A stretch of DNA of 64,000 nucleotides from Candidatus Aminicenantes bacterium (GCA_963702005.1 OY969696.1:928001-992000); one strand, 5' to 3'; counted from the stretch's first letter, positions 51,386-61,584 are shown. Notes: generated by a model from the sequence alone, not told the origin. A program made the numbers and translations.

Positions 51386-53488
51386 ATGAAATCTCCCCTG
51401 AGCGGGCGAATCGCCGGCGATGTCGTCAGGTGGTGTTCGGCGTTTTCGTTGGTCCTATCGCTTGGTGTTTGGCCCGGTCAGGCGGCCGGCAAGGACCTTC
51501 CCCCAAAGTACCGTGCCTGGCTTCAAGAAGAGGTTGTCTACATCATCACTCCCCGGGAAAAAGATGTTTTTCTCCGGCTCGAGACGGACAGAGAGCGCGA
51601 CCTTTTCATTGAGGCCTTTTGGAAGCAGCGGGATCCGACTCCGGGGACGCCGGAAAACGAGTTCAAGACCGAACACTATCGTCGGCTCAACTACGCCAAC
51701 ACCCACTTTGGCAGGCAGTCACCCATTCCCGGCTGGAGAACGGACCGGGGCCGGATCTATATCATCCTGGGAGAGCCAAACGACATCCAGCACTTCGAGG
51801 CCGGCCAGGAGACCTATCCGGCCGAGGTCTGGTTCTACCAGAACAAGGCGGAATTCGGGCTGCCTGCGGGTTTCAACATCGTCTTCTTCAAGGAGCATGG
51901 AAGCGGCGACTATAAGCTCTACAGCCCGGTCAGGGATGGCCCCCAGGCCTTCCTGGCGAATTATGTCGGGGACGTAGCCAACGTGACTGCGGCCTATCGG
52001 AAACTGCGGGTTCTCGAGCCCAGCCTGGCCCAAGTCTCCCTCTCGCTCATCCCGGGCGAGGATTCCACGGCCTTCGGCCGCCCATCTCTTTCCTCCGACC
52101 TTCTTCTCCAACAGGTGGAATCGCTCCCTGAAAAAACCGTCCGGGACCAGTATGCGCAAAGATTCCTCCAGTACAAGGATATCGTCGAGGTGGAGTATTC
52201 GGCGAACTATCTGGACAGCGATTCCGTCGTCAAGATTCTGAAGGCGTCTCCAATGGCGAACTGCATCCATTATTCAATCGAGCCCGCCAGGCTCTCGGTC
52301 AGTCAATACGGTGAAAAATACAGCACCACTCTGACCCTCAACGGGTCGGTCAAAGACGAAGCCGGAAAAGTCATCTACCAGTTCGATAAAACCCTTCCCG
52401 TCTCGTTCGGGGAGGAAGAGATGAAGAACATCAGCCGGCGGCCTTACGCCGTCTACGATGTCTTCCCCCTAATTCCAGGATCATACGACCTCTCCATCCT
52501 ACTCAAGAATGAGATCTCCAAGGAGTTCTGCTCGCTGGAGCGGAAGCTGGTCATCCCAGCCGAGGAATCCAGGGCCTGGGTGACGCCGCTCCTCCTCGGC
52601 TACCAAGCCGATAGGGTCGAGCCCGGCCGAAGCAGGCTCAAGCCGTTCCAGCTTGGCGGCCAGACGCTCTTGCTCCAGGCGAACCGGACCTTTGCCAAAT
52701 CCGAGGAGCTCGTCCTTGCCTTTCAGGTTTGGGGAGTTCCCCAGGGTCTTAAGGATAACGCCGAAATTGTCTTCACCTTCCTCAAGGATGCCCAGACCTT
52801 TAAGACTTATGCGAGACCGGCGGCGGGATACGCGGCCTTTCCCGACGTGATCGAAACTGTGCCCTTGGCTGAGTTCATCCCGGCGCACTATGAGATCCAG
52901 GTCTCGGTCCGCGCGACGGGGCAAGAGATCGCCGCCGCCAAAGACGAGTTCGACATCACACCCCGAGAAAAAGTCGCCCGGCCCTGGGTCATGGTGAAGA
53001 TCATGCCGGGTATCGATGACCCCGCCTATCCCTTCCTCATCGGAAACCAGCTTTTCAATGCCGGGCGCCTCAAAGAGGCGCACTCGCTCCTCGAGGAGGC
53101 CTTCAAGAAAAGGCCGGAAGATACGGACTACGCGCTCGCCCTGGCCCGGTCTGACATGGCGCTTCAAGACAACTCGAGGGTGGAGGCGCTTCTCCTTCCC
53201 TACTTCAATCAGGCCAAGCCGCCGCGCTATAACATGTTCGTCCTTCTGTCAAGCTCCTACCACCAGAAAGGGGAATGGGAAAAGGCTCTCAAGGTCATCG
53301 AACAGGGTATCTCACACTACGGGCTCAGCACCGGATTCCTGAACCTCCGCGGGGACTGCTATTTGAGGTTGGGGAACAAAGCCGAAGCGCTGGCCGCCCT
53401 TGAAAAATCGCTGGAGCTCAACCCCAATCAGCCGGAAGTCCAGAAGGTCGTCAATTCTCTCAAACAGAAGAACACGACAGCCAGCTGA
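51386..53488 (+). CDS. GWxTD domain protein with C-terminal TPRs
   Basis: FWKQRDPTPGTPENEF and PGWRTDRGRIYIILGEP. Confidence 0.92.
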   Translation: MKSPLSGRIAGDVVRWCSAFSLVLSLGVWPGQAAGKDLPPKYRAWLQEEVVYIITPREKDVFLRLETDRERDLFIEAFWKQRDPTPGTPENEFKTEHYRRLNYANTHFGRQSPIPGWRTDRGRIYIILGEPNDIQHFEAGQETYPAEVWFYQNKAEFGLPAGFNIVFFKEHGSGDYKLYSPVRDGPQAFLANYVGDVANVTAAYRKLRVLEPSLAQVSLSLIPGEDSTAFGRPSLSSDLLLQQVESLPEKTVRDQYAQRFLQYKDIVEVEYSANYLDSDSVVKILKASPMANCIHYSIEPARLSVSQYGEKYSTTLTLNGSVKDEAGKVIYQFDKTLPVSFGEEEMKNISRRPYAVYDVFPLIPGSYDLSILLKNEISKEFCSLERKLVIPAEESRAWVTPLLLGYQADRVEPGRSRLKPFQLGGQTLLLQANRTFAKSEELVLAFQVWGVPQGLKDNAEIVFTFLKDAQTFKTYARPAAGYAAFPDVIETVPLAEFIPAHYEIQVSVRATGQEIAAAKDEFDITPREKVARPWVMVKIMPGIDDPAYPFLIGNQLFNAGRLKEAHSLLEEAFKKRPEDTDYALALARSDMALQDNSRVEALLLPYFNQAKPPRYNMFVLLSSSYHQKGEWEKALKVIEQGISHYGLSTGFLNLRGDCYLRLGNKAEALAALEKSLELNPNQPEVQKVVNSLKQKNTTAS

Positions 53489-53637
53489 AGCACGACACGA
53501 TAAATTTCGGCTCTGATTTTGAGAGCGCCACATTTTCGCTTGACATTCCATGCGGCATTTTGTATCTAGTAATCACAAAGGGGAATACGTGCATAGAGAC
53601 CCTTGAAGAGGGAATTCGAAATGCGAGGGGAGAGATT

Positions 53638-56382
53638 ATGAAAAAATCGCAGGCCTTTCTTTTTCTCGTCCTTTTCGCCGTTTTGTTTACCCTTAGCGCC
53701 TCTGTTCTTGAAGCGCAGCGGCTGACCGGCATCATCCGCGGAACGGTCACGGACGAAGAAGGCGAGCGGCTTCCCGGCGTGACCATTGCCGTCCAGAGCC
53801 CCGCCCTCATTGGCGGCGCCAAAACGGCGGTCACTCCGGCCAGCGGCACTTTCCTTTTCCCGGCGCTACCCCCCGGTAAGTACACCGTCAATTTCACCAT
53901 GCCGGGATTTCAGCCGGTCATGAGAGAGAATATCGTCGTCTCGGTCGACAGGACGGCGACCATCGATATCTCTTTAAGGCTGGCCGTCCTGAAAGAGGAA
54001 GTCACAGTTGTCAGCCAGTCCCCTGTTGTGGACATAACAAAATCCGGCATCTCCACAGTCTACGACCAGCAGCTCTTGGAGAGCGTCCCTAAAGCGCGTT
54101 TCACCTATTTGGATATCATGTACTGGGCCCCTGGGGTTTCGATGAACGAGAACGCTACCGAGGAATGGCATTCATCATTCGGCTCGACGTTCGCGTCGGA
54201 CAACTACCTGGTCGACGGGGTCGACACTTCCTTCGACTGGAACGGCACGACCTGGGTCTGGAACAACCCCGATATCTACGCAGAAGGAGAGGTTGTGGCC
54301 ATCGGCGCGCCGGCGGAGTACGGAGATTTCCAGGGCGCCGTGGTCAACGTGGTCACCAAGTCCGGCGGCAACGATTTTCACGGGGGACTTAGCTTCTACG
54401 CTGTTCCCAGCCCCTTTGTAGGCAAAAACGTGGAAGGCGCCGAGTTTCCCTACCATATCGGCAAAAACTGGGACGCCAGCTTTGACCTCTCCGGCCGGAT
54501 TGTCAAGGACAAGATCTGGTACTACGGCAATGCCCAGTGGAAGAAATACGAATACTCCCAGCTGGGAACAGACCCGGCGTGGCCGACCAAAGCGGACTAT
54601 AAAAGGTTTTTCGTCAAGGGCACTTTCCAGCTGGCCAAGAATCACAAGCTGGTCGTCTCCTACCAGCATGAATGGTCCCAACTTCCAGATGTCATCACTC
54701 CCTCCGTGCCATTCGACGCGTGCGGTTCAGAACCTGGGAATTACGGCGTTCCCAACATCATGCTGACTTCCGTCCTCAGTCCTAACACAATTCTCGAATT
54801 TAAGGTCGGCGGCTGGTTTGTCAATGACAACTGGAAGCCGCTGGACGGCAACTTGAACGAGTCGCTCTACCGCGACATAGGAACCGGAGTCGATGCGCAC
54901 GGCATCTGGACCTGGAGCGAATCCAAATACACCAAGCTACAGATCAACGCCTCGGTGTCTCATTTCGCCGACGATTTCATCAAGGGCAACCACGAATTTA
55001 AGGCGGGAGTCCAGTACACCCGAGGGAGCGCTAAAACCATCGGTTCCTATTCCGGTGGTGCGGTATATTATCTCATGAATGGAGAGCCTTACTGCGCATA
55101 TTTCCAGGCTCCCTACAGCGATGGCGAAGTCATCAACAAGCTGGGAGTGTTCTTCGACGACGCCTGGACGATCACCAAACGCCTGACCCTCAACCTGGGG
55201 CTCCGCTTTGACCATCAGGACGGCAACATCCTGTCGGTCGACAAAATCGACATCAATATGAAGAAGACCGGGGAAAAGACACCCGGATTTGACAATGTTC
55301 TTGTTTGGAATACCTGGTCTCCGCGGCTGGGCCTGGTTTATCAGCTGACCTCGGACATGAAGACCATCCTGAGGGTCAACTACGGCCATTATTACGATGG
55401 GATGACCCAGGATTCGTTTGCTAGGATGAGCAAAGGTTATCCGACCGTCTATACTTACGGCTATAACCCGGATACGGGCAAATACGATGACTTTTGGGGT
55501 TCCTTCGACCCGGCCGCCGGCTATGTTATGGGCAAACCCAAGAACAGCCTATGCCGGCAGTTCTCGGTGGGCGTCACGCGTGAGATCATCACCGACCTGG
55601 CCCTCGAATTGACCTATGTCTATAAATATACCGACAACTTTGCGACCTGGTGGAACACAACGGCCCAGTTCGAGGAGGTCCCGTTTTACGATGAATATGC
55701 CCAAAAGGTCATCACTGTTTATAATCAAACAACACCGCTCGAAAACGATATCTTTACATATCAAAATCTTTCCGAGTTCAAACAAAAATACCGGGGTTTG
55801 ATCATCGGCCTCCAAAAGAGGCTTTCCCACAATTGGCTGATGAACAGCTCGTTTGTCTGGTCGAAGGCGAACGGCATGTCCGGCCTCAATCAACTGACCC
55901 AACAATCGGGGACGAGGACCGGAATCCAGAATCCCAACTCGCTCATTAACAATAACTGGGACAGCTTCCTCCAGAGCGACCGGACCTATATGTTCAAGCT
56001 GCAGGGGACTTATTTCCTGCCCGCCGAATTCAGCGTCAGCGCGAATTTCGTCGCCCAAACGGGGAAGCCGATTGCCAGGCTTATTCCCCTTGTCAGTACT
56101 GACGAGTATCCTCTGAACGCGCAGAAGGTTAAACAGATCATGGGCGATTCCCGAGGATCCCATTTCAGGCTTGCCCCCTACTACATGCTCGACTTCAGGC
56201 TGGACAAGAGATTCAAGTTGGGTCGAGGGGCATCGGTCGATATTGCGGCCGACTTTTTTAACCTTCTGAATACCGACGCGATTACGGGGACAGTCGACAT
56301 CGGGACATCGAGCTGGTTTATGAAGCCTGATACAGTTACGCCTCCGCGCCGGATCCAGCTCAGCCTGCGTGTGATTTTCTAA
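53638..56382 (+). CDS. TonB-dependent receptor (carboxypeptidase-regulatory-like N-domain, Oar-like)
   Basis: GIIRGTVTD..LPGVT, GAPAEYG..GAVVNVVTKSGGN, WSPRLG, PRRIQLSLRVIF C-terminal Phe. Confidence 0.92.
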   Translation: MKKSQAFLFLVLFAVLFTLSASVLEAQRLTGIIRGTVTDEEGERLPGVTIAVQSPALIGGAKTAVTPASGTFLFPALPPGKYTVNFTMPGFQPVMRENIVVSVDRTATIDISLRLAVLKEEVTVVSQSPVVDITKSGISTVYDQQLLESVPKARFTYLDIMYWAPGVSMNENATEEWHSSFGSTFASDNYLVDGVDTSFDWNGTTWVWNNPDIYAEGEVVAIGAPAEYGDFQGAVVNVVTKSGGNDFHGGLSFYAVPSPFVGKNVEGAEFPYHIGKNWDASFDLSGRIVKDKIWYYGNAQWKKYEYSQLGTDPAWPTKADYKRFFVKGTFQLAKNHKLVVSYQHEWSQLPDVITPSVPFDACGSEPGNYGVPNIMLTSVLSPNTILEFKVGGWFVNDNWKPLDGNLNESLYRDIGTGVDAHGIWTWSESKYTKLQINASVSHFADDFIKGNHEFKAGVQYTRGSAKTIGSYSGGAVYYLMNGEPYCAYFQAPYSDGEVINKLGVFFDDAWTITKRLTLNLGLRFDHQDGNILSVDKIDINMKKTGEKTPGFDNVLVWNTWSPRLGLVYQLTSDMKTILRVNYGHYYDGMTQDSFARMSKGYPTVYTYGYNPDTGKYDDFWGSFDPAAGYVMGKPKNSLCRQFSVGVTREIITDLALELTYVYKYTDNFATWWNTTAQFEEVPFYDEYAQKVITVYNQTTPLENDIFTYQNLSEFKQKYRGLIIGLQKRLSHNWLMNSSFVWSKANGMSGLNQLTQQSGTRTGIQNPNSLINNNWDSFLQSDRTYMFKLQGTYFLPAEFSVSANFVAQTGKPIARLIPLVSTDEYPLNAQKVKQIMGDSRGSHFRLAPYYMLDFRLDKRFKLGRGASVDIAADFFNLLNTDAITGTVDIGTSSWFMKPDTVTPPRRIQLSLRVIF

Positions 56383-56404
56383 GTAGGGAGATCCCTGGCA
56401 ACTT

Positions 56405-56440
56405 CGGAGCTTCACCCGGCCGCTGCCGGGTGAGGCTCGA
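56405..56440 (+). terminator. Stem-loop downstream of the TBDR
   Basis: GAGCTTCACCCGGC-CGCT-GCCGGGTGAGGCTC. Confidence 0.5.
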
Positions 56441-56615
56441 AACTTGGATTAGAAACCGAATTGTGATTAATTGATTCCGGCCTTCTTGGCTATATTCGCC
56501 GGTCGTTCTAGGGTAAGATATTTGTCAGGGATCGCAAAGTGTATAGGTCCATCGGCAGCCTGACCATGAATAAGAAAGGAATGAAAATAAAATGTACCAC
56601 GCCAGCGCACATACT

Positions 56616-57584
56616 ATGAAAATACGTTTTATCCTCACCGTGATTATAATCAGCGTCTTCATCATACAGCTCGCCGGGCAGGAGGGCATGGGGAAGGGAA
56701 GGATCAGCGGCACTGTGACCGATGAAAATGGGGCGCCGCTTGAGGGGGCATTGGTCATAGCCCAAAGCCTGCGCAGGCAGACCAAGCTCGAAGGCCGTTC
56801 GGACAGGAAGGGCAGGTTTGCGATCGCCGGACTGGGGGCCGGAAGTTGGCGCGTTACCGCATCCCAGGACGGTTATGAGAGTTCGAGCTTGGAGATGAAT
56901 ATCCGGCAGCTGGCCGGAAACACGCCCATTTCCTTTACGCTCAAGAAGGTCCGTGGCGCGGCCGCCGTCTCCTCGAACAAAGAAGCCCTGGCTATGCTCG
57001 ACCAGGGCAATGCTTTGCTTGCTCGGGAAAACTATGACCAGGCGCTCCGAATTTTCGAGGAATTCATGAGTCAATACCCCGAAATCTACCAGGTCCATCT
57101 CAACATCGGCACGTGTCATCTCAGGAAAGGGAACCTGGATAGAGCCGAGGCTGAGTTTGCGCTCGTCCTGGACAAGACGCTGGAGGTGCACGGCGACCTG
57201 AAGAAAGACACCGACGTGTCCCTCCGCGCCACGACGGGCCTGGGAGAAGTCTCCCTGCGCCGGGGCGATTTTGACGCCGCCCAGAAATATTTCACTCAGG
57301 CGCTCGACATCTCTCCCCAGGACCAAACGGCCGCCTATAATGTTGGAGAGCTGCTGTTTTCGAACCAGAAGATCGACGAGGCCATCCGCTATTTCGAGCT
57401 GGCCATTCAGATCAAGAAAGACTGGCCAAAGCCTTACCTGAAGCTGGGATACGTTTACCTGAACAAGGGGGATTTCGCCAAGTCCCTGGAAAATTTTGGC
57501 ACCTTTATCAAGCTCGACCCGGAGAACCCGGAGGTTGCCCAGGTCAAGAATATCATCGAGACGATCCAGAAAATGAAAAAATGA
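56616..57584 (+). CDS. Exported carboxypeptidase-regulatory-like domain plus TPR protein
   Basis: GRISGTVTDENGAPLEGA followed by tandem TPRs. Confidence 0.85.
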   Translation: MKIRFILTVIIISVFIIQLAGQEGMGKGRISGTVTDENGAPLEGALVIAQSLRRQTKLEGRSDRKGRFAIAGLGAGSWRVTASQDGYESSSLEMNIRQLAGNTPISFTLKKVRGAAAVSSNKEALAMLDQGNALLARENYDQALRIFEEFMSQYPEIYQVHLNIGTCHLRKGNLDRAEAEFALVLDKTLEVHGDLKKDTDVSLRATTGLGEVSLRRGDFDAAQKYFTQALDISPQDQTAAYNVGELLFSNQKIDEAIRYFELAIQIKKDWPKPYLKLGYVYLNKGDFAKSLENFGTFIKLDPENPEVAQVKNIIETIQKMKK

Positions 57585-57898
57585 CCCCCGGTGCGTGGAA
57601 GGACCTTGCCCTCCGCCTCCGGGCAGACCACGCGGCCTCAGAAAACGAGCTGGCGAGGCTCTTTTATCCTAACCTCCTGCCAATGTCTACTGAATGACCG
57701 GGAAACGGCCCGCGAGATCGTCTGGGAGACGATGCGCTGGCCTTTCCGCTCTCAGGACGGTGCTCGACCTCCTATTTCGAAAAGAAGAGATCGACTCCTG
57801 GCCCGAAGGGGGTTCTCATAAGCCAGCTCGGGCGACTCCTCTCTTTTACTACTCCCTCAAAATTGATTTTACCCCGGATGGTTATGATAAACTCTTCC

Positions 57899-58461
57899 TT
57901 ATAGATCAGGGCATAGACCGACTCCAGCGGCCGGCCCTGCCCTTCCCGGGCCCGCTCCAGGACCTTGTCTGTGATCTAGCTCACCGTCTCGGCCGAGATC
58001 TCGTAGCCGTAGAGGTCTTTGATATGCTCCTGGATGTCCCGGGTCGTCATCCCCTTGGCGTACATGGAGATGATCTTCCCCTCCAGTCCTGAGATTTCCT
58101 TCTGGCGCTTCTTGACGATCTGGGGCTCAAAATCAGATTGCCGGTCCCGGGGGACCTCCAGGCTGATCTCCCCGAACTTCGACTTGACGGTCTTGGGCGT
58201 GAACCCGTTTCGGGCGTTGTCGGCGGCCTTGGCCTTCTGGTTGTGCTTTTCATAGCCCAGATGGTCGGTCAGCTCGCCCTCGAGGAGCGTTTCGACGACC
58301 TCTTTGCTGACTTCTCGCATGAAGGCGTTAAAATCGTCCAGGGATTTAACGCCCTTCTCCTTGAGCAGCTTTTTCTGTTCGTCCCTGCCTAGAGCCAAGT
58401 GTACCTCCTTGAGTAATTTTAGCTCGTTCAAGGAGGTTTACACAGTTTCCCTTACACTCCC
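57899..58461 (-). mobile_element. Truncated IS256-family element (left IR plus transposase N-terminus with premature stop)
   Basis: End GGGAGTGTAAGGGAAACTGTGTAAA at 58461; ELTDHLGYEK, RNGF, VPRDR..FEP, YAKGMTTRDI, then TAG and ITDKV..RPLESVY. Confidence 0.85.
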
Positions 58462-58604
58462 GCTACCGGAAATGGCTCGACGTCGAGATCGTCGTCTGCG
58501 AGGCCTGGGCCAAGCTGGGCAAGATCCCGTCTGCCTCCCTGCGCGGCATCAGGGCCCGGGCCGGCTTCAGCGCCGCCCGGATCGACGCCATCGAGCGCGT
58601 CGTC
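58461..58604 (+). pseudogene. purB: Fragment resembling the N-terminal region of adenylosuccinate lyase
   Basis: RYRKWLDVEIVVCEAWAKLGKIPSASLRGIRARAGFSAARIDAIERVV. Confidence 0.65.
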
Positions 58605-58962
58605 CAAGGACAAGTATTCGGGCGAATCGCGCGGCTTCGGCTTCGTCGAGATGCCCGAGAAGGAAGAGGCCCTCAAGGCCATCTCCGCTCTGAACGGCAA
58701 AGACCTCAAGGGCCGCGCCCTCAAGGTCAACGAGGCCCAGGCCCGGACCGACCGGCCCCGCACGGGCGGGTTCGGCGGCGGCGGCGGCCGCGGCGGCCGC
58801 TATTAATAAAGCCGCGTTAGCGACTTCATTAGTGTGACTACTGCGGCCTGTACTCATGAGTCCGTATCAACGGCTCCATGAGTATGGCCGGTACTGATCG
58901 CTTAGCTAGCGACGAATTCTGCAAGGGCGGATGTCCCGCAAGGGGCCTCCGCCCTTTTTTTT
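58605..58962 (+). repeat. 5'-truncated copy B of the RRM gene plus trailer and terminator
   Basis: Near-identical to 46727-47113. Confidence 0.9.
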
Positions 58963-59148
58963 AAGGAAGGTTTTTTCTCCGCCCGGAAAGAGGAGTCCGT
59001 CTGGGGCTGGTCATTTTTTGCTTCCCGGCTTTCCTCCCCATTGAAATAACAAATTCACGCTTTTATATTGACATATCCGATAAATTCTGTCAGAATAGGC
59101 TCAAGGGTTAATTGATTTTTCCCATCCACTATTTTCTGGGAGGACATA

Positions 59149-59781
59149 ATGCGTCTAGTCCGGTTGATGACCATTTTATGTTTTCTATTCGTGTGGCAAC
59201 CGACCCCCGCGCAGGATCAGCAGGTGGACATGGAAGCCATGATGCGCTGGGGCAGCGCCGACGTCGTTAACTACCACATCGTTGGCATCTACCAAGGCCA
59301 GCCCGCTATCGCCAGCAACGGTTCAGGACGCGCGGATGTGACGGACCAGGTCGTAATCGATCTAAAGTGGAAGCTTTCAGAGTCAAGGTTGGTGGGAACG
59401 CCCACTTTTCAAAACACGAAAACCGTGCTCAAGAATCCGCGCGACATGGAGCCTACCTGCCTGCCTCCGATACTCAAGGGCGAGTACGAACACTACGAGC
59501 TTCTGGGGATCAAGGACGGTTTGGGCGGCGCGCTCGAATTGCTAGTGAAAACCACCTACCCCGTAGTTGAGGTCGCGCAGTTTTGTACCGCCAGCCGCAA
59601 GCCGGTGCCTGCAAGCATCAAGACACGACCCGAAGATCTGGCCGTGCCGTCTCCGGTAATGTTTGGAATGCCGCTGCCTGATTCGGACAATCTCCGCATC
59701 TCGTCCGACAAGAAATCCCTGATCCACAAGAAAGACGGCTGGACCTGGAGTTTTACGCCAACCATCGAACCCCAAAAATAG
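59149..59781 (+). CDS. Exported hypothetical protein (210 aa)
   Basis: GGAGGA RBS, signal peptide; TTGACA..CAGAAT promoter-like sequence upstream. Confidence 0.75.
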   Translation: MRLVRLMTILCFLFVWQPTPAQDQQVDMEAMMRWGSADVVNYHIVGIYQGQPAIASNGSGRADVTDQVVIDLKWKLSESRLVGTPTFQNTKTVLKNPRDMEPTCLPPILKGEYEHYELLGIKDGLGGALELLVKTTYPVVEVAQFCTASRKPVPASIKTRPEDLAVPSPVMFGMPLPDSDNLRISSDKKSLIHKKDGWTWSFTPTIEPQK

Positions 59782-59855
59782 TAGAAGAGGCCCTCAAGGC
59801 CATTTCCGCGCTCAACGGCAAGGACCTCAATCCCCTTCTATGATAGCGAAACGCA

Positions 59856-60011
59856 AGCCCCGGGAGACATTTTTCTTTTCTTTCCTCCTTATGGCCGCCT
59901 CGGTTTTTTGAACCATCCTTCTATCCGCGCCTGTCTGCGCACCGTAGCATTCGATTTCGGCTCCTAAACCTTACGCAGAACGCGACTCTCGCGAGCCCGT
60001 TAAGGGGATGA
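59856..60011 (-). ncRNA. Predicted bridge/seek RNA of the IS1111 element
   Basis: Contains short segments matching the reconstructed target and circle junction, each pair flanking a hairpin. Confidence 0.65.
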
Positions 60012-60937
60012 CTAGGCAGCCGATGGATTCATCATGTCTGGGATGTAGGCTCTTTTCTCGGTGAGTACTCGATAAATTATGGTCAAGAGTCGACGCGCCA
60101 CCGCGATCTTGGCCGAGTTCGGCCCTTTTCGTTTGGCCAGCCGGCCGTATAAAACCCGAAGCCCAAGGTCCTTGACGATCGCCGGATAGACCGCTTCCAG
60201 CACGGCCCATCTCAGCCAAACGCTCCCTTGTTTGGTGATGCGCCCGTGATACGTCCGATCGCCCGAGGCGTAGGTCGAGGGAATCACTCCGGCGTAGGAA
60301 TGAAGATGCGCCGGACTGGAAAACCGTTGGACATCCGCGATCTCCACCGCCACCAGCACCGACAAGGTCTCGGCAAATCCCGGGATCGTGTCGATTCGAC
60401 AGGCGTCTTCGATCTCTCCATACAAGGCTCGCACTAATCCATCCGATTCTCGGATATGGGTCTGGATCTCTTGATATCCCCGGATCAGATCGTCCAAGAC
60501 TCTCTTGTCTTGACCTTCCAGCGCCAGCCCGGTCAGGAACTCCACCCCCTTCCCGCTGAAGAGACCGTTGTTTTTTTGTTCCACGGCCATCCGGATCTCT
60601 TCTTTCTATAGATCTCCGGAATCAGATCCGCCCGTAAAAGCTGGGCCAGCGTCCTCGAATCCCGCTTGTCCGTCTTGATCCGGGCCTGGGCGATCGCTTT
60701 GACCTGAAGCGCATTCGCGATTTTCACCTCGCCGCCCAGTTCCCTTAGAAGATCCGCCATCACATAGGATGACCGTCCCGTCTCGAGTACGGCCGTGAAC
60801 GGATGATACCCTTTCAGAAATTCCTCGACCTTTTTTCTGAGATTGAAGACTCGCCCCTTCTTGAGTTCCCGTCCGTCCTCGTCCACAATCGTCATGAAAG
60901 AGGCTTGTTTGTGATGGTCGACACCGATAAAATACAT
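60012..60937 (-). pseudogene. IS110 DEDD transposase, frameshifted or deleted near 60595
   Basis: MYFIGVDHHK, LETG, KTDKRDS in one frame; TIPGF, SYAGVIPSTYASG, AVARRL in another. Confidence 0.88.
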
Positions 60938-61079
60938 ACGCGCACCTCCTCTTGGGATTTTGTTTCGACGAGTAATGTATCACAGCATTACCTGTCAGGG
61001 AGGTGCGTTTCGCTATCATGCTACCTTCGCGGGATTCCGCGGACCTAAGTCCGTCGAGGGAAGCCAATTCCTCGCTCCA

Positions 61080-61309
61080 GGGACGGCGGGCGGGTTCGGC
61101 GGCGGACGCGGCGGAAGCCGCGGCGGCCGCTATCGCGGCCGCCCTCATGACTCGTTAACGGATCATGAGTACTGACCGCCTCGGCCCGTAATCATGGAGA
61201 TGCGCTAGCAGAGCCATGATTGCAGACCGAAACGGTCGGTACTGATCGCTTAGTTTAGAAGCGAATTCAGCCAGGGCGGATGTCCCGCCAGGGGCCTCCG
61301 CCCTTTTTT
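61080..61309 (+). repeat. Degenerate copy C of the RRM tail plus trailer and terminator (its 5' part is 59784-59830)
   Basis: GGCGGGTTCGGCGGCGG..GGCCGCTAT, hairpins, GTACTGATCGC..GCGAATTCAG, GGGCGGA..TCCGCCC-T6. Confidence 0.8.
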
Positions 61310-61332
61310 GCTTATCACGAAATACGCGCAAA

Positions 61333-61584
61333 TTGACCCGTTCGCCGACGCCACCCCGCCTTTCAAGGCGGGGATGAGAGGCGACACTTTTGTACTCAGC
61401 CCTTTTAGAAGGAATGGGGCTGAGTAGGCTCAGGGTTAATCATGAACAAGCCCCGGCCTTCAGGCACTCATGAACCGGAAACGGTTCATGAGTACTGGCG
61501 CTCCAATGAGCATTAGTCCGTGGAGCTTCGGCCGGGGAGCAGCCTTGCAGCACTCATGGCTTCCATGAGTGTCGATGATTTGAC
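61333..61584 (+). mobile_element. Non-autonomous IS200/IS605-derived mini-element (PATE-like), copy 1 with hairpin insertions
   Basis: TTGAC, CCCCGCCTTTCAAGGCGGGG left hairpin, AAGCCCCGGCCTTCAGGC..CGGGGAG right hairpin, TTGAC. Confidence 0.7.

Larger units (their letters stand above)
59837..61026 (-). mobile_element. IS110-family, IS1111-type insertion sequence
   Basis: Perfect 16-bp subterminal IRs ATGATAGCGAAACGCA (59840-55 and 61004-19), CCTT core on both flanks, long 3' non-coding region. Confidence 0.85.

Noticed and set aside
57591-57898. Short ORFs downstream of the TPR gene
   Set aside because: Look like unassignable gene scraps without RBS or recognisable family
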